DNA of 64,000 bases from Treponemataceae bacterium (GCA_963667725.2 CAXXHO010000003.1:1856001-1920000), one strand, 5' to 3'; counted from the first letter of the stretch, positions 46,492-57,431 are shown. Numbers and translations are program-made. The notes: generated by a model from the sequence alone, not told the origin.

Positions 46492-47541
46492 ATGAATGTA
46501 GTGACGTTTGGAGAAATCATGCTCAGGCTCAAGTCGCCGGGACAGGAAAGGCTTTTCCAGTCTCCGCTCATGGAAGCCACCTTTGGCGGCAGCGAAGCCA
46601 ACGTGGCTGTCGCGCTTGCCAGGATGGGACAGCCCGCTTCCTTCGCCACGGTGCTTCCCGACAATCAGATCGGCAGGGAATGCGTGAGGGAGCTGCGCTA
46701 CCATGGCGTGGACGTCTCCCTGATAAAATCCAAGCCGGGACGCATGGGCATTTATTTCTTCGAAAACGGAGCCAATCAGAGACCGTCCAACGTCATCTAC
46801 GACAGGGCCGGATCGGCGATCGCCGAGATCGAGCCGGGCGACATCGACTGGGCTGCGGCCTTCGCGGGAGCCGGATGGTTCCATATCTCGGGCATAACGC
46901 CGGCGATTTCCAGGAAATCGGCCGACGCGTCGATAACGGCGGCGAAGGCCGCGCGCGCGGCTGGCCTCACGGTTTCCTTCGATCTCAATTTCCGCGCGAA
47001 GCTCTGGAAATACGGGGCCAAGGCCCAGGATGTCATGACCGAAATAGCGGCGTACGCCGATGTCCTCATCGGGAACGAGGAGGATTACCAGAAATCCCTC
47101 GGGATCGAGGGACCGGCGAGCGCGGGCGATGGCGCGATAGTTACGGACGAATATGCCGCGATGTGCGCTCGAGCTCTCGCGAGATTTCCCGCGGCGAAGT
47201 ACGCTGCGGTGACGTTGCGCGAAAGCCATTCGGCCGACAGCAACGACTGGTCGGCGATGCTCACTTCGCGCCTTCGCGAGCGCGAAGGCGCGCGCGAGGT
47301 CGCGATAGTCTCGAGACGTTATGCGATTACCGATATCGTGGACAGGGTTGGCGCCGGCGACAGCTTCTCCGCCGGACTCATCTACGGACTCATCCAGTAT
47401 GGCGAGCCGAGGCAAGCCCTCGAATACGCGGTCGCCCTCTCCTGTCTCAAACATTCCATGTCGGGCGATTTCGCCCTCATCGAACCCGGCGAAACGCAGA
47501 AACTCATGGGCGGCGACGCATCGGGACGGGTACAGCGCTGA
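46492..47541 (+). CDS. kdgK: 2-dehydro-3-deoxygluconokinase (PfkB family)
   Basis: FGEIMLRL, GGSEANVA, FDLNFR.KLW, DRVGAGDSF. Confidence 0.9.
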   Translation: MNVVTFGEIMLRLKSPGQERLFQSPLMEATFGGSEANVAVALARMGQPASFATVLPDNQIGRECVRELRYHGVDVSLIKSKPGRMGIYFFENGANQRPSNVIYDRAGSAIAEIEPGDIDWAAAFAGAGWFHISGITPAISRKSADASITAAKAARAAGLTVSFDLNFRAKLWKYGAKAQDVMTEIAAYADVLIGNEEDYQKSLGIEGPASAGDGAIVTDEYAAMCARALARFPAAKYAAVTLRESHSADSNDWSAMLTSRLREREGAREVAIVSRRYAITDIVDRVGAGDSFSAGLIYGLIQYGEPRQALEYAVALSCLKHSMSGDFALIEPGETQKLMGGDASGRVQR

Positions 47542-48567
47542 ATGCCGCGGCTTAGGGTAGCGAAGGAAGGGCCGGCCGACTTCAGGACGATTTCGGAGGC
47601 CCTGGCCGCGATAGGCGGCACCGAAACCGATCCTCACGAGGCCGAGGCCGGCCATCGCGGCGGCGATGAAGTCGTCATCTCCGTCGCCGCGGGAATCTAT
47701 CGCGAAAAGCTGAGAATCGAGCGCCCGGGAGTAACCCTGCTCGGCGAAGGACGGGACGCGACGATCATAAGCTGGGACGATCACGCCACAAAACACCTCC
47801 CCTCAGGCGAGCCTATGGGCACCTTCAACACAGCCACCATCTATGTTGGGACCGAGAACTTCATCGCTCGCGACCTGCGCGTCGAGAATTCGGCGGGCGA
47901 CGGGAGAGCGGTGGGGCAGGCGGTGGCCTGTTACGTCGACGCCGACAGGGCGGCATTTTACGACTGCGAATTCCTCGCGCATCAGGACACCCTCTGCCTC
48001 GGTCCTTTGCCCGCCAACCCCCTCCCCAAGGGCTTGAATCCGGTCCATCCCGTCGCGATAGCCAAGGCGGGCGACGAGTCGCGGCCTTTCCGGCACTATT
48101 TCAGGAACTGCCACATCGAGGGCGACATCGACTTCATCTTCGGATCGGCCGCGGCCGTCTTCGAAGACTGCGACATAGTCAGCCTGGAGCGGGGTGAAGC
48201 GGTGAACGGCTACGTGACGGCGCCGTCGACACTTCCGGGCCAGCGCCATGGTTTCGTCTTCCTGGACTGCAGGTTGGGGGGGAATGCGGCCAAGGGCAGC
48301 GTGTTTCTGGGGCGCCCCTGGCGCGCCTCGGCCAAGGCGGCCTTTCTGCGCTGCGAACTGGGCCGACACATAGCCGAATCAGGATGGGACAATTGGGACA
48401 ACCCAGCCAACGAACGCAGCGCCGAGTTCGCGGAGTTCGGCAATCGCGGCGAGGGAGCCGCCGGCGAGCGCGCGGCCTGGTCCCTCAGGCTGGGGGAAAA
48501 GAGCGCCGGCGGCTTTACGCCTCAGGCCATACTTTCAGGCGCCGACGGCTGGAGTCCTTGGGCTTAA
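47542..48567 (+). CDS. Pectin methylesterase (CE8), no signal peptide
   Basis: G.YRE, QAVA, QDTL, EGDIDFIFG, FLGRPW. Confidence 0.9.
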   Translation: MPRLRVAKEGPADFRTISEALAAIGGTETDPHEAEAGHRGGDEVVISVAAGIYREKLRIERPGVTLLGEGRDATIISWDDHATKHLPSGEPMGTFNTATIYVGTENFIARDLRVENSAGDGRAVGQAVACYVDADRAAFYDCEFLAHQDTLCLGPLPANPLPKGLNPVHPVAIAKAGDESRPFRHYFRNCHIEGDIDFIFGSAAAVFEDCDIVSLERGEAVNGYVTAPSTLPGQRHGFVFLDCRLGGNAAKGSVFLGRPWRASAKAAFLRCELGRHIAESGWDNWDNPANERSAEFAEFGNRGEGAAGERAAWSLRLGEKSAGGFTPQAILSGADGWSPWA

Positions 48568-48588
48568 TCCTTGAACTAGATTCTCGTA

Positions 48589-50037
48589 CTAGATTCTTGG
48601 GCCGGCTTCCGCGGCCGACAAAGGCCGCGCGGATCTTATCGCGCATCCTTCCTCGACTTGAATGCCGCAGCCGCCGCAGTTTTGGATTTGGACGCCGCTG
48701 AGCGAACAGTCCACATTTTTCAGCCTCAATCCCCTGTGATTCGTTTCTTCGACCTCCTGGTACATTTCCGATTGGCTCACCGGCACGAGATTGTCGCCTG
48801 CCATGGAAATCACGCAGTTCTCTAAAACCAAGTTGCCTATTTTCGATTCGGGAAGGCCGACGATGAAGCCAGCCGAGGCCCGGCACTCCGAAGCCACGAG
48901 ATTCACCACCTTGATATTCCGGAACTGAGGCGTAAGCGGCGAAACCGCTTCGGGAAATTTCGAGAAAAGCGCTGGGGCATCCTCGGCTCGCGCCCCGCAA
49001 TTATAGTAAAGATTGATGGTGAGGGGGGCGAGCACTCTTTCCATCACGAGGTTCTGGAACAGCAGATTCTGGACCTTGCCGCCCCTTCCCCTCCGGCTCT
49101 TTATGCGTATGCCTCGATCCGAACCTATGAAGCGACAGTTGCTTACATCCACATTCTCTATGCCGCCGGCGGTTTCGCTTCCTATAACCACTCCGCCGTG
49201 ACCGCTGAGAAAGGTGCATCCGGAAATCTTGACATTGCGCGTCGGCCGGTTTTCCGCAAGGCCCTGGGGGCCCGCACCAGCCTTGAGGGCGAGGCAGTCG
49301 TCGCCCACGTTCACGACGCAGTCGACGATGGTTATATCGGAACAGGAATCTATATCGATGCCGTCGGTATTCGGGGCATCGCTGGGATTCTCGATCTTGA
49401 CGTTGTCTATGAGAATTCTGCCGGAAAAAACGGGATGCAGCGTCCAGAACGGCGAGTTTTTGAGCGTGACGCCCCGAAGCGTCACTCCGTCGCAGGAGAG
49501 AAACTGGACAAGAGGGGGTCTGAGGAACTGGGTCTCGCGTCCTCCTCCCCCCGAGGGCTGGTTCAGCCCATGGCGGTTGAGGGTTCCAAGCCTTTTCTCG
49601 ATGGCGCTGACCGGCCCCGCCTGTTTCTCAGCCTTCTTCCTGCGATGGGTTTCCCACCAGGCTTTTCCGTTTCCGTCTATGACGCCCTCGCCTATGATCG
49701 CCACGTTCCTGGCATTCTTCGCGAAAATGAGGGGATGCATGGCGTGGCAGACGATGCCTTCCCAGCGCGTCTCGACAGGTTCGTAGCGCTCGGGATCGTC
49801 GATGAAAAGAAGGGTGGCTCCTTGGGCCAGTTCCAGGGTCGTATTGTCAGGAAGCTCGATGGGTCCCGTGAGAAAGGTGCCTGCCGGCACGAGGATGCGG
49901 CCTTCGCCCTTTTTACGGATGTCGGCGAGCAGCCGGGAAAAAACGGGCGAACAGTCCACCAGCCCGCCTGGTTCCGCGCCGAAATCCATTATGTTGTCGC
50001 TGGGAATCATAGACTTGAATTGTCGTTCCAATCCCAT
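48589..50037 (-). CDS. GH28 (exo)polygalacturonase, no signal peptide
   Basis: NSPFW, PNTDG, GDDC, GHGG..IGSE, RIKS; start may be 50010. Confidence 0.92.
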   Translation of the reverse strand: MGLERQFKSMIPSDNIMDFGAEPGGLVDCSPVFSRLLADIRKKGEGRILVPAGTFLTGPIELPDNTTLELAQGATLLFIDDPERYEPVETRWEGIVCHAMHPLIFAKNARNVAIIGEGVIDGNGKAWWETHRRKKAEKQAGPVSAIEKRLGTLNRHGLNQPSGGGGRETQFLRPPLVQFLSCDGVTLRGVTLKNSPFWTLHPVFSGRILIDNVKIENPSDAPNTDGIDIDSCSDITIVDCVVNVGDDCLALKAGAGPQGLAENRPTRNVKISGCTFLSGHGGVVIGSETAGGIENVDVSNCRFIGSDRGIRIKSRRGRGGKVQNLLFQNLVMERVLAPLTINLYYNCGARAEDAPALFSKFPEAVSPLTPQFRNIKVVNLVASECRASAGFIVGLPESKIGNLVLENCVISMAGDNLVPVSQSEMYQEVEETNHRGLRLKNVDCSLSGVQIQNCGGCGIQVEEGCAIRSARPLSAAEAGPRI

Positions 50038-50138
50038 GAACTGACAATTGTCTTTAATGGTGTCTTTTTGGATTTTTCTGATATCCAGTTATCAGGATTC
50101 ATGAATTTCCATTGACAGATCTCCCCGCTGGCCCGAAA

Positions 50139-53100
50139 ATGAGACAAAAGCGGCACAACGGCACGCATGGAGGAGAAGAGCCTATTCGCCCCGGTAAAGA
50201 TTCCAAAAACAGAAAACGCATCGCTTTCCTCCTCGCCTCCATCCACAGCGGGTCATCCACGAAAGTCTGGCCCGAAATTCTCGCCGAAAGCAAAAAACAC
50301 CAATGCACGCTCTTCGTTTTCCCCGGAGGAAGGCTTGCCAGCCATGATGAATTCGAGTACATGAGGAACGGCATTTTCGGCCTGGTCGGCGCCCAGAGCT
50401 TCGATGGGGCCATAAGCTGGGCTTCTTCACTGAGCGGATTCGCTTCAGAAAAGCAGGTGGAGGATTTCCTGCTTTCCCATATCGATATCCCCCTCGTCAC
50501 CTTCGGGCTCAAGATCAGAGACACTCCTGTCGTCAACATAGACACCTACGCGGGCATGAAACAGCTCGTCTTTCATTTGGCCAAGCGGCATAAACGCGAA
50601 AGGATCGCGTATGTCGGGGGCCCACGCGCCCATTCCTCGGCCGAAGATCGCTACAGGGCCTACCGCGACGCGCTCGGGGAACTGGGGCTGCGCTTCGACC
50701 CAAACTTGGCTTCTCTCGACAATTCATGGACTGAGGGACGAAAGGCCATGCTCGATCTTCTCGACGGGAGGAAGCTTAAGCCGGGCGCCGATTTCGACGC
50801 GCTCTGTGCCGCCAGCGATCTTTTGGCCTTCGAAGCCGCCGAGCTTCTTCAGGAGCGAGGATTCAGGATACCGGCCGACATCGCCCTGGGCGGCTTCAAC
50901 GATACGGACGAGAGCAATCTTTTCTCGCCTACCTATACGACGGTTCGAATGCCCTTCGAGCGGCAGGCTCCGCAGGCTTTCCATATGCTGCTCGACAGGC
51001 TGGACGGGAAAAATCCGGCCGACAAGGTATTGAAGACAAAGCTTGTCATAAGGCAATCCTGCGGCTGTCTCACCGAGTCGGTCCACCTGGCGGGGATGAC
51101 CGCGTCTTCCCGCTGGAAGGGAATGGCTTCGGATGCGGCAGCCGCGTCCGAAGCCGATATCCTTCATTTCGTGGCCGGCGTCGCGGGCTTTACCCCCGAG
51201 GAATCTTCGCTGTACCTCGAACCCATAGTTTCCAGCTTTCTCGCCTGCCTGTCCGGCAGATCGAGAGTACGTTTCCTCAATACCCTCGACACCATCCTGA
51301 ACGGCTTCATTTTCCGGGACGGGAATATCGAGACATTCCAGGATATCCTCTCGGCGCTGAGAATTAGCTGCAGAAGCCGGGCGGCATCGCCAGCGACGGC
51401 GGCCATGTTCGAAACGCTTCTCAGCCAGGGCAGGGTTCTCGTATCGGACGCCGAAAAGCGGATAGGCAACTATAGGGCGTGGAAGGAGAAAGAGTTCGAC
51501 CACTGGCTCTATATCCTCAACCACGAACTGCTCTGCGCCAAGGATTTCGAGGCCATCGTGAGGATAGCCGGACGCTGTCTCCCCAAACTGAATATCCAAT
51601 CAGGCTATTTCGCGCTGAACGGGAAAGATCCCGCTCACAGGATATTCGCCGGAGGCTTCGACGCGACGGGCAACCAAGACGGCGGCGCGAAGATCCTGGA
51701 GCCGAAGGCCAGCGGAAGGCTTTTCCCCTCGAGCCAGATTCTGCCGGAGGACATATACCCGGCCGGCAAGGGGGCCTATATCGTCCTCCCTCTCTATTAT
51801 GAATCGACCTCTCTCGGCTACGTGATTCTGCGGCTCGAGAAAAGCGACGCGTATATATTCGAGGAACTGCGCGCCATGTTTTCTTCGGCGATGCGGGGGG
51901 TCCTTCTTTTCGAGCAGGTGAACGAGGCGCGCAAAAGGGCGGAGAAGGCCGAAAAGATGAAGACGGAGTTCCTGGCGGGCATATCGGGGGAACTCCAGGA
52001 GCCTATGGGTTTCATCTATGGCGCCGCGACCCGGCTTCTGGCGGACGCGAAGTCCGAACAGCGGGAGGATCTGGAAGCCATAGCTTCCTATTCAGCCCGT
52101 CAGATGGAACTCACAAGACATCTTCTGGATTTGTCGCTGGCTCAGGTGGACGATCTCGCCTTACACGGGTCGCTTTTCGACCCGCTGTCCTTTATGGAAG
52201 GCTTCGCGGCGGCATCGAAGGTCCAGCAGCGCAGGAAAAGATGGGGTCTCGTCGGCGCTTCGCCGCCAGTCTGTGGCGTTCCGCTCGCCTGGGGCGATGT
52301 GGCCCGCGTCGCGCAAATCCTGGAAATCTTCCTCGACTGCCTTTTCCGCGATCTGGGAACCCCAAGCGTCGAAATTCTCCTCGGGATTTCGCCTTCAGGC
52401 ATAGGATTCAGGATAGGCGGACGCCCGAGCGGCGAGCGCGCCGCACGAAACCTCGATGAGCTGCGCAGCCTCCTGGAAACAGGTCCCGGAATCGCCTCTA
52501 TGGACAGAATGAAGATTGAGCTGGAACTCGCCAAACGCATCGCCTTTCTCCACGGAGGCAGCCTGCGATGCGTCGGAGACGCCGAGGCCTTCAGTCTTGA
52601 GCTTTGCCTGCCCTACCCATCCATAGAACCCTCGGCGCAGCGCGACGCGTCCGATCGCGGGAGCGCCGCCATCGCGGCACCAGGAATCCTTGGAGTTCTC
52701 GGCGAGCGGCTTCCGGCATCGCTGCTGTCCCTTTTCCCGGGATGGACGGCAAAAAAAATAGGCATAGCCGAAGCCGGCGGTTCTATGGTTCAAGCGGAGG
52801 GAATCTCCCTTCTCTACATCGACCCGGCTTCCATGCGGGGAGAGGCGGCCGCGGCGGCTGGCCTTCTCCTCGACAATGGCGCCTTCCGCAGAGTGGGTTG
52901 CTTCGTTCCCGCGAGCAACCTGGCCTCCGATCCAGCCCTGAGGGAGACGAATTCCGCGGCCGACTGGTCTTCTCTCGGCGACTTCCTCCTGCGCTTCTTC
53001 CCCGCGAAAGCATCCAACACCGTTCTCGTCCTCGGGGCTGCCGAACGTGGCGAAGATCAGGGCGAAAGCTGGGCGATCGGCCTGGAGGGATCTTCGGCAG

Positions 53101-53750
53101 AAAAAGCGCCCAGACTCTTGCGTTGCCGGAATCCCGAAGAACTCGAGCTTCTCGCGGAGCGGGGACAGCCGCGCCTCCTCATCCTTTTAGGCCAAAAAAG
53201 CGAGTTCATCGGCGCCATCGCGGATTCTCCCGTTCTCGCCAATATCCCCTTGCTCCGTGTCGCGGCGAAATTCGACGACGCTTCCTTCGAAAGACTCATC
53301 GCCGAGAGGCCCAGGACGATCATCTGCAATTCCGGCGATGTTTTCCGCGACGTTATCGCTTCCATCGCGGGCCGACTCTCCGGCGGGGAGGAGTTCCTTC
53401 CCGCGCCGACGGGCGCCATCATCATGAAGGCTATCGTTTTCCTCAATCGATATTTCCGCGAACAGGTTTCGCGCTGGAAGCTTTCCGAGTACGTGAACGC
53501 GAGCGAAGATTACCTCTCGAGAATATTCCATAAGCAGATGGGGATTCCGCTGTGGGAATATCTGAACAGGCTCAGAATCGGCTACGCGATCGAGCTTCTG
53601 AAGAGTTCAGCCGAGAGCGTGGCGGAGGTGGCCTCCAGGTCGGGATTCCAGGATCAGGCGTATTTCTGCCGCGTTTTCCGGAGGATTACCGGCGCGACGC
53701 CGGGAGCCATTCGAAAAGAATCGGGAAGCAATGTCAGAATAGTACAATAA
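50139..53750 (+). CDS. Hybrid regulator: LacI-type sugar-binding domain + degenerate His-kinase/receiver region + AraC HTH
   Basis: RIAYVGG..H....R, DLLA, GFND, TTV..P, IRQSCGC; FLAGISGELQEP; YLSRIF.....YLNRLRI, GFQDQAYF.RVF. Confidence 0.85.
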   Translation: MRQKRHNGTHGGEEPIRPGKDSKNRKRIAFLLASIHSGSSTKVWPEILAESKKHQCTLFVFPGGRLASHDEFEYMRNGIFGLVGAQSFDGAISWASSLSGFASEKQVEDFLLSHIDIPLVTFGLKIRDTPVVNIDTYAGMKQLVFHLAKRHKRERIAYVGGPRAHSSAEDRYRAYRDALGELGLRFDPNLASLDNSWTEGRKAMLDLLDGRKLKPGADFDALCAASDLLAFEAAELLQERGFRIPADIALGGFNDTDESNLFSPTYTTVRMPFERQAPQAFHMLLDRLDGKNPADKVLKTKLVIRQSCGCLTESVHLAGMTASSRWKGMASDAAAASEADILHFVAGVAGFTPEESSLYLEPIVSSFLACLSGRSRVRFLNTLDTILNGFIFRDGNIETFQDILSALRISCRSRAASPATAAMFETLLSQGRVLVSDAEKRIGNYRAWKEKEFDHWLYILNHELLCAKDFEAIVRIAGRCLPKLNIQSGYFALNGKDPAHRIFAGGFDATGNQDGGAKILEPKASGRLFPSSQILPEDIYPAGKGAYIVLPLYYESTSLGYVILRLEKSDAYIFEELRAMFSSAMRGVLLFEQVNEARKRAEKAEKMKTEFLAGISGELQEPMGFIYGAATRLLADAKSEQREDLEAIASYSARQMELTRHLLDLSLAQVDDLALHGSLFDPLSFMEGFAAASKVQQRRKRWGLVGASPPVCGVPLAWGDVARVAQILEIFLDCLFRDLGTPSVEILLGISPSGIGFRIGGRPSGERAARNLDELRSLLETGPGIASMDRMKIELELAKRIAFLHGGSLRCVGDAEAFSLELCLPYPSIEPSAQRDASDRGSAAIAAPGILGVLGERLPASLLSLFPGWTAKKIGIAEAGGSMVQAEGISLLYIDPASMRGEAAAAAGLLLDNGAFRRVGCFVPASNLASDPALRETNSAADWSSLGDFLLRFFPAKASNTVLVLGAAERGEDQGESWAIGLEGSSAEKAPRLLRCRNPEELELLAERGQPRLLILLGQKSEFIGAIADSPVLANIPLLRVAAKFDDASFERLIAERPRTIICNSGDVFRDVIASIAGRLSGGEEFLPAPTGAIIMKAIVFLNRYFREQVSRWKLSEYVNASEDYLSRIFHKQMGIPLWEYLNRLRIGYAIELLKSSAESVAEVASRSGFQDQAYFCRVFRRITGATPGAIRKESGSNVRIVQ

Positions 53751-53769
53751 TCCGACTGAAAATTTGCAA

Positions 53770-53789
53770 AATCATACTATACTATGATT
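53770..53789. promoter_or_regulatory. Palindrome upstream of the ABC operon
   Basis: AATCATA-N6-TATGATT perfect inverted repeat. Confidence 0.45.
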
Positions 53790-53801
53790 GGTGGTAACAG
53801 T

Positions 53802-54758
53802 ATGACATCACCAACGACAACCATCGCTCCTGCCCGCGCGGGCAGGACAGGCGGCAGCGGCCTCTGGAAGAACATCAAGCGCCACAAATCGGTCTACCTG
53901 CTGGCCTCCATCTCCTTAACCTACTTCGTCATCTTCAAGTATGTTCCCATCTGGAACGCGCAGATCGCCTTCAAGGATTTCATGGCCCTCGACGGCGTCC
54001 TGGGAAGCCCCTGGGTCGGCCTCCAGAACTTCAAGGATTTCGTCAATTCCTACTATTTCTGGGAACTCATCCGCAACACGGTGATGTACAGCATCGGCAA
54101 GATGATCTTCTCCATACCAGCCGCGATTTTCCTGTCGGTGACTCTCTATGAGTGCCGCATATTCTTCCTGCGCAAGTCGGTGCAGACCCTCGCCTACCTC
54201 CCCCACTTCCTTTCCTGGGTCATCATGTACGCCATCCTCCTCGCCATCCTTTCGCCCTCGAACGGCATCGTCAACGACGTCATCAAGCTCTTCGGCGGCG
54301 AGCCGATATCCTTCCTCACCGACGCGAAGGCCTTTCCTTGGATCGTCATCCTCTCCGACATGTGGAAAGAGATGGGCTGGAGCGCCATCATCTTCCTCGC
54401 GGCGCTCATGGGCATAGACCCTTCCCTCTTCGAAGCAGCCACCGTCGAAGGCGCCAGCGCCTGGCAGCGGGTGCGCTACATCACCTTGCCCTCGATCCGG
54501 CCCGTCATCGTGATGGTATTTCTCCTGAGGCTGGGAACCATCCTCGACGCGGGCTTCAACCAGATATTCATGCTCTATTCGCTGCCCGTATACAGCGTGG
54601 CCGACATCATCGATACATGGATATACCGCCAGGGCCTCCTGGAATTCCGCTTCGGGCTGGCGACGGCGGTAGGCCTCTTTAAAGGAGTGTTTGGCCTCAT
54701 TCTCATAGTGGTTTCCAACAGGCTTATCCGCAAACACACCGATTCCGGGTTGTATTAA
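53802..54758 (+). CDS. Oligosaccharide ABC transporter permease (LplB-like)
   Basis: SPWVGL.NF, YLPHFLSWV, WKEMGW, LFEAA.VEGA. Confidence 0.92.
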   Translation: MTSPTTTIAPARAGRTGGSGLWKNIKRHKSVYLLASISLTYFVIFKYVPIWNAQIAFKDFMALDGVLGSPWVGLQNFKDFVNSYYFWELIRNTVMYSIGKMIFSIPAAIFLSVTLYECRIFFLRKSVQTLAYLPHFLSWVIMYAILLAILSPSNGIVNDVIKLFGGEPISFLTDAKAFPWIVILSDMWKEMGWSAIIFLAALMGIDPSLFEAATVEGASAWQRVRYITLPSIRPVIVMVFLLRLGTILDAGFNQIFMLYSLPVYSVADIIDTWIYRQGLLEFRFGLATAVGLFKGVFGLILIVVSNRLIRKHTDSGLY

Positions 54759-55657
54759 TGAGGTATGGAACCATGAAAAGCAGCATCAGACTGACAAAAA
54801 GCGATAAATTCTTCCACTTCCTCGTCAACACGAGTCTCTTCGTCATCCTCGCGATTTTCGTGATACCGATATGGAGCACGATAACCCTTTCGTTCCGCCC
54901 CAACACCTTCATCGGATCGGCCCTGGACGGCATGCTCCTGGCGCCCTGGAAATGGTCGACATCGGCTTACGAAGCCCTCCTCGGCCACAGGGCCTTCCTA
55001 ACCTCGACCTTCAACAGCTTCCGCATATTCTTCCAGGGCGTGGCCACAGCCTTATTCCTCACGGTGCCCCTCGCCTACATACTGTCGATCAAGACCCTGC
55101 CCGGGCGCAAATTACTTTATGGCATCGTCATCATTCCCTATCTTTTCAATGTGGGCCTCATCCCGAACTACCTTCTCGTGGCCAAGCTCGGCCTCATGGA
55201 CAAACTCGCCGCCGTCTACCTGCCGGGGGCCATCAGCGTCTACAACACCCTCATCATGAAGAGCTTCTTCGAAGGCATCTCCGAAGAACTCAAGGAATCG
55301 GCGCGCATCGACGGAGCTTCGGAAATCACCGTTCTGCTCAAGATTATCCTGCCTCTCTCCAAGCCCATTCTCCTGACGATAGGCCTTTATTACGGGGTGC
55401 ACTTCTGGAACGATTTCTTCAACGCCATGCTCTATCTCAACGACAGCGCACTCCAGCCCCTGCCCATCCTCCTGCGCAACATCCTGCTTTCCTCGGGGAT
55501 GAACGAGTATGTCGAAGTGAACGCCTTCGGCGAGGCGCCGATAGCGGCGATAAAGGCAGCGAGCGTGCTCCTCGCCGCGATTCCCATGCTCATCGCCTAT
55601 CCCTTTATCCAGCGGTATTTCGTGAAGGGGACGATGCTGGGCAGCGTGAAAGGCTGA
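54758..55657 (+). CDS. Carbohydrate ABC transporter permease
   Basis: GLIP.YL, ELKESARIDGA, WNDFF, YPFIQRYFVKG...G.VKG. Confidence 0.92.
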   Translation: MRYGTMKSSIRLTKSDKFFHFLVNTSLFVILAIFVIPIWSTITLSFRPNTFIGSALDGMLLAPWKWSTSAYEALLGHRAFLTSTFNSFRIFFQGVATALFLTVPLAYILSIKTLPGRKLLYGIVIIPYLFNVGLIPNYLLVAKLGLMDKLAAVYLPGAISVYNTLIMKSFFEGISEELKESARIDGASEITVLLKIILPLSKPILLTIGLYYGVHFWNDFFNAMLYLNDSALQPLPILLRNILLSSGMNEYVEVNAFGEAPIAAIKAASVLLAAIPMLIAYPFIQRYFVKGTMLGSVKG

Positions 55658-55742
55658 GAGCCGTCGGCGCCGCAAGGAGCCGGCTGAATCGGGTTCCAAT
55701 TCGGGGCTTATGTCCCCGTCGCGATAGATCAAGGAGGTTTCC

Positions 55743-57296
55743 ATGAAACGAACAATCAGCATCATGATGACGCTCATTCTCGCCATCGTCTGCATCGGAT
55801 CGACCTTCGCCCAGGGGGCGAAGCCGGTGACGATCGAGATGTGGTACGGAGCGGCTATCACCGAGGCGGGCCCGCCCCCCGATGACTGGGTGGTCTACAA
55901 GATACTGCGCGAAAAATACGGGATCGAACTCAAGATCACGGCCGAGCCTTCGAACGAAAACGACCAGGACGTGAAGATTCTGGCCGCGGCCGCCGCGAAC
56001 CAGCTGCCTGACCTCTTCATGGTGCGCCGCGACCCCTGGCAGACCTTGATCAAGCAAGGCCTCGTGGCTCCCGTCAACGACATGTATCCTCTCATGCCCA
56101 ACAGGGCCGAGAATCATTTCAACGCGGATTCCATCGCCTTTTCGACGATCAGGGGCAAGAGCTACGGCTTCGCCTTCCCCGGCTCCCTCCAGAGGAACGA
56201 AGGCCTCGTCATCAGAAAAGATTGGCTCGACAAGCTCGGCCTCAAGATGCCGACCACCCTCGACGAGCTCTACGATGTCTGCTATGCCTTCACCTTCAAG
56301 GATCCGGACGGCAACGGCAAAAACGACACCTACGGCTACGGCGCCTTCGTCGAGCTCTTCGACCAGGAGCAGTATCTCGGCAGGCGCTTCGAGCCCATCA
56401 TGGCCGCCTTCGGCGTGGCCGGCACCTGGAACATGACGGAGAAGAATTTCGGCCTCAACGCGAAAAAGCCCGAGTTCTTCGAAGCCCTCAAGTTCGTCAA
56501 CAAGATGGTGGAGAACAAGGTCGTTGACCCCGACTGGCCTTCCCTCAAGAAGGACGATTTCCGCGCCGCCTGGAAACAGGGCAAGTTCGGCGTGATGCGC
56601 GAGCAGATGGCAGCCCTCGCCGCCCAGGCCAACTACGCGCCCTTCGACAAGAACTTCCCCAATGGCGAGTGGGCAGCCCTTCCCCCGCCCAAGGGCCCGA
56701 AAGGCCTCGCCGCCACCGGCATCTACGACGCCAACTACAGGATCTACGCCGTTTCCCCCAAGGCCATAAAGGCAGGAAAGAAGGAAGCGATCGCGAAGTT
56801 CCTGGACTGGATGGCCTCCGACGAAGGCTACAAGCTCATCGGCTGGGGCGTAGAAGGCGTGAACTATTCAATCGACGCCAACGGCGACATCACCGACAAG
56901 AATGTGCCCGCCGACACCAAGTTCTCATCCCCCAAGGGACAGACGGTGACCCAGCTCCGCAACATGGTGTTCTACAACTCCGCCCTCGAACTCGGCGCGC
57001 GCTATCCCTACTACACCACGGCCAACGGCCGCAGGATCGGCCCCATGCCCTACCTGAAGACCTTCCAGTCATATCCCTGGATCAACGTCACCGGCGCGGG
57101 CACCATCGCCCCTTCCCCGAACAACGCCGACCTGAAGCGTTTCATCAACCAGGGCGTGCAGGAATTCGTGCTGGGCAAGACCGCGCTGACGAAGGAAAAC
57201 TTCGACGCCTTCGTGGCCCAGATGGACAAGCTGGGCGCCACCGCCTGGGAAAAGGCCGCCAGGGCGCAGATGGATGAGAACGGCTACCTGAAATAG
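55743..57296 (+). CDS. Carbohydrate ABC transporter substrate-binding protein
   Basis: Signal peptide; IRKDWLDKLGL..PTT.DE, DPDGNGKNDTYG, GVEGVNY; AAGGAGG RBS. Confidence 0.92.
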   Translation: MKRTISIMMTLILAIVCIGSTFAQGAKPVTIEMWYGAAITEAGPPPDDWVVYKILREKYGIELKITAEPSNENDQDVKILAAAAANQLPDLFMVRRDPWQTLIKQGLVAPVNDMYPLMPNRAENHFNADSIAFSTIRGKSYGFAFPGSLQRNEGLVIRKDWLDKLGLKMPTTLDELYDVCYAFTFKDPDGNGKNDTYGYGAFVELFDQEQYLGRRFEPIMAAFGVAGTWNMTEKNFGLNAKKPEFFEALKFVNKMVENKVVDPDWPSLKKDDFRAAWKQGKFGVMREQMAALAAQANYAPFDKNFPNGEWAALPPPKGPKGLAATGIYDANYRIYAVSPKAIKAGKKEAIAKFLDWMASDEGYKLIGWGVEGVNYSIDANGDITDKNVPADTKFSSPKGQTVTQLRNMVFYNSALELGARYPYYTTANGRRIGPMPYLKTFQSYPWINVTGAGTIAPSPNNADLKRFINQGVQEFVLGKTALTKENFDAFVAQMDKLGATAWEKAARAQMDENGYLK

Positions 57297-57383
57297 GCCG
57301 CGAACCTCGCTGACGTTTTCCCTAACAGAGAGGACTGGGCGCGGAAGCGATTCTTCCCCGCCCGGTCTCGAGACGCTATGGGA

Positions 57384-57431
57384 GCCTCGTGGACGCGTTT
57401 CGCCAAGAAGCGCTTTCGCGAGGCTTTTTTT
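57384..57431 (+). terminator. Terminator after the substrate-binding protein gene
   Basis: AGCCTCG...CGAGGCT stem followed by a T run. Confidence 0.65.
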
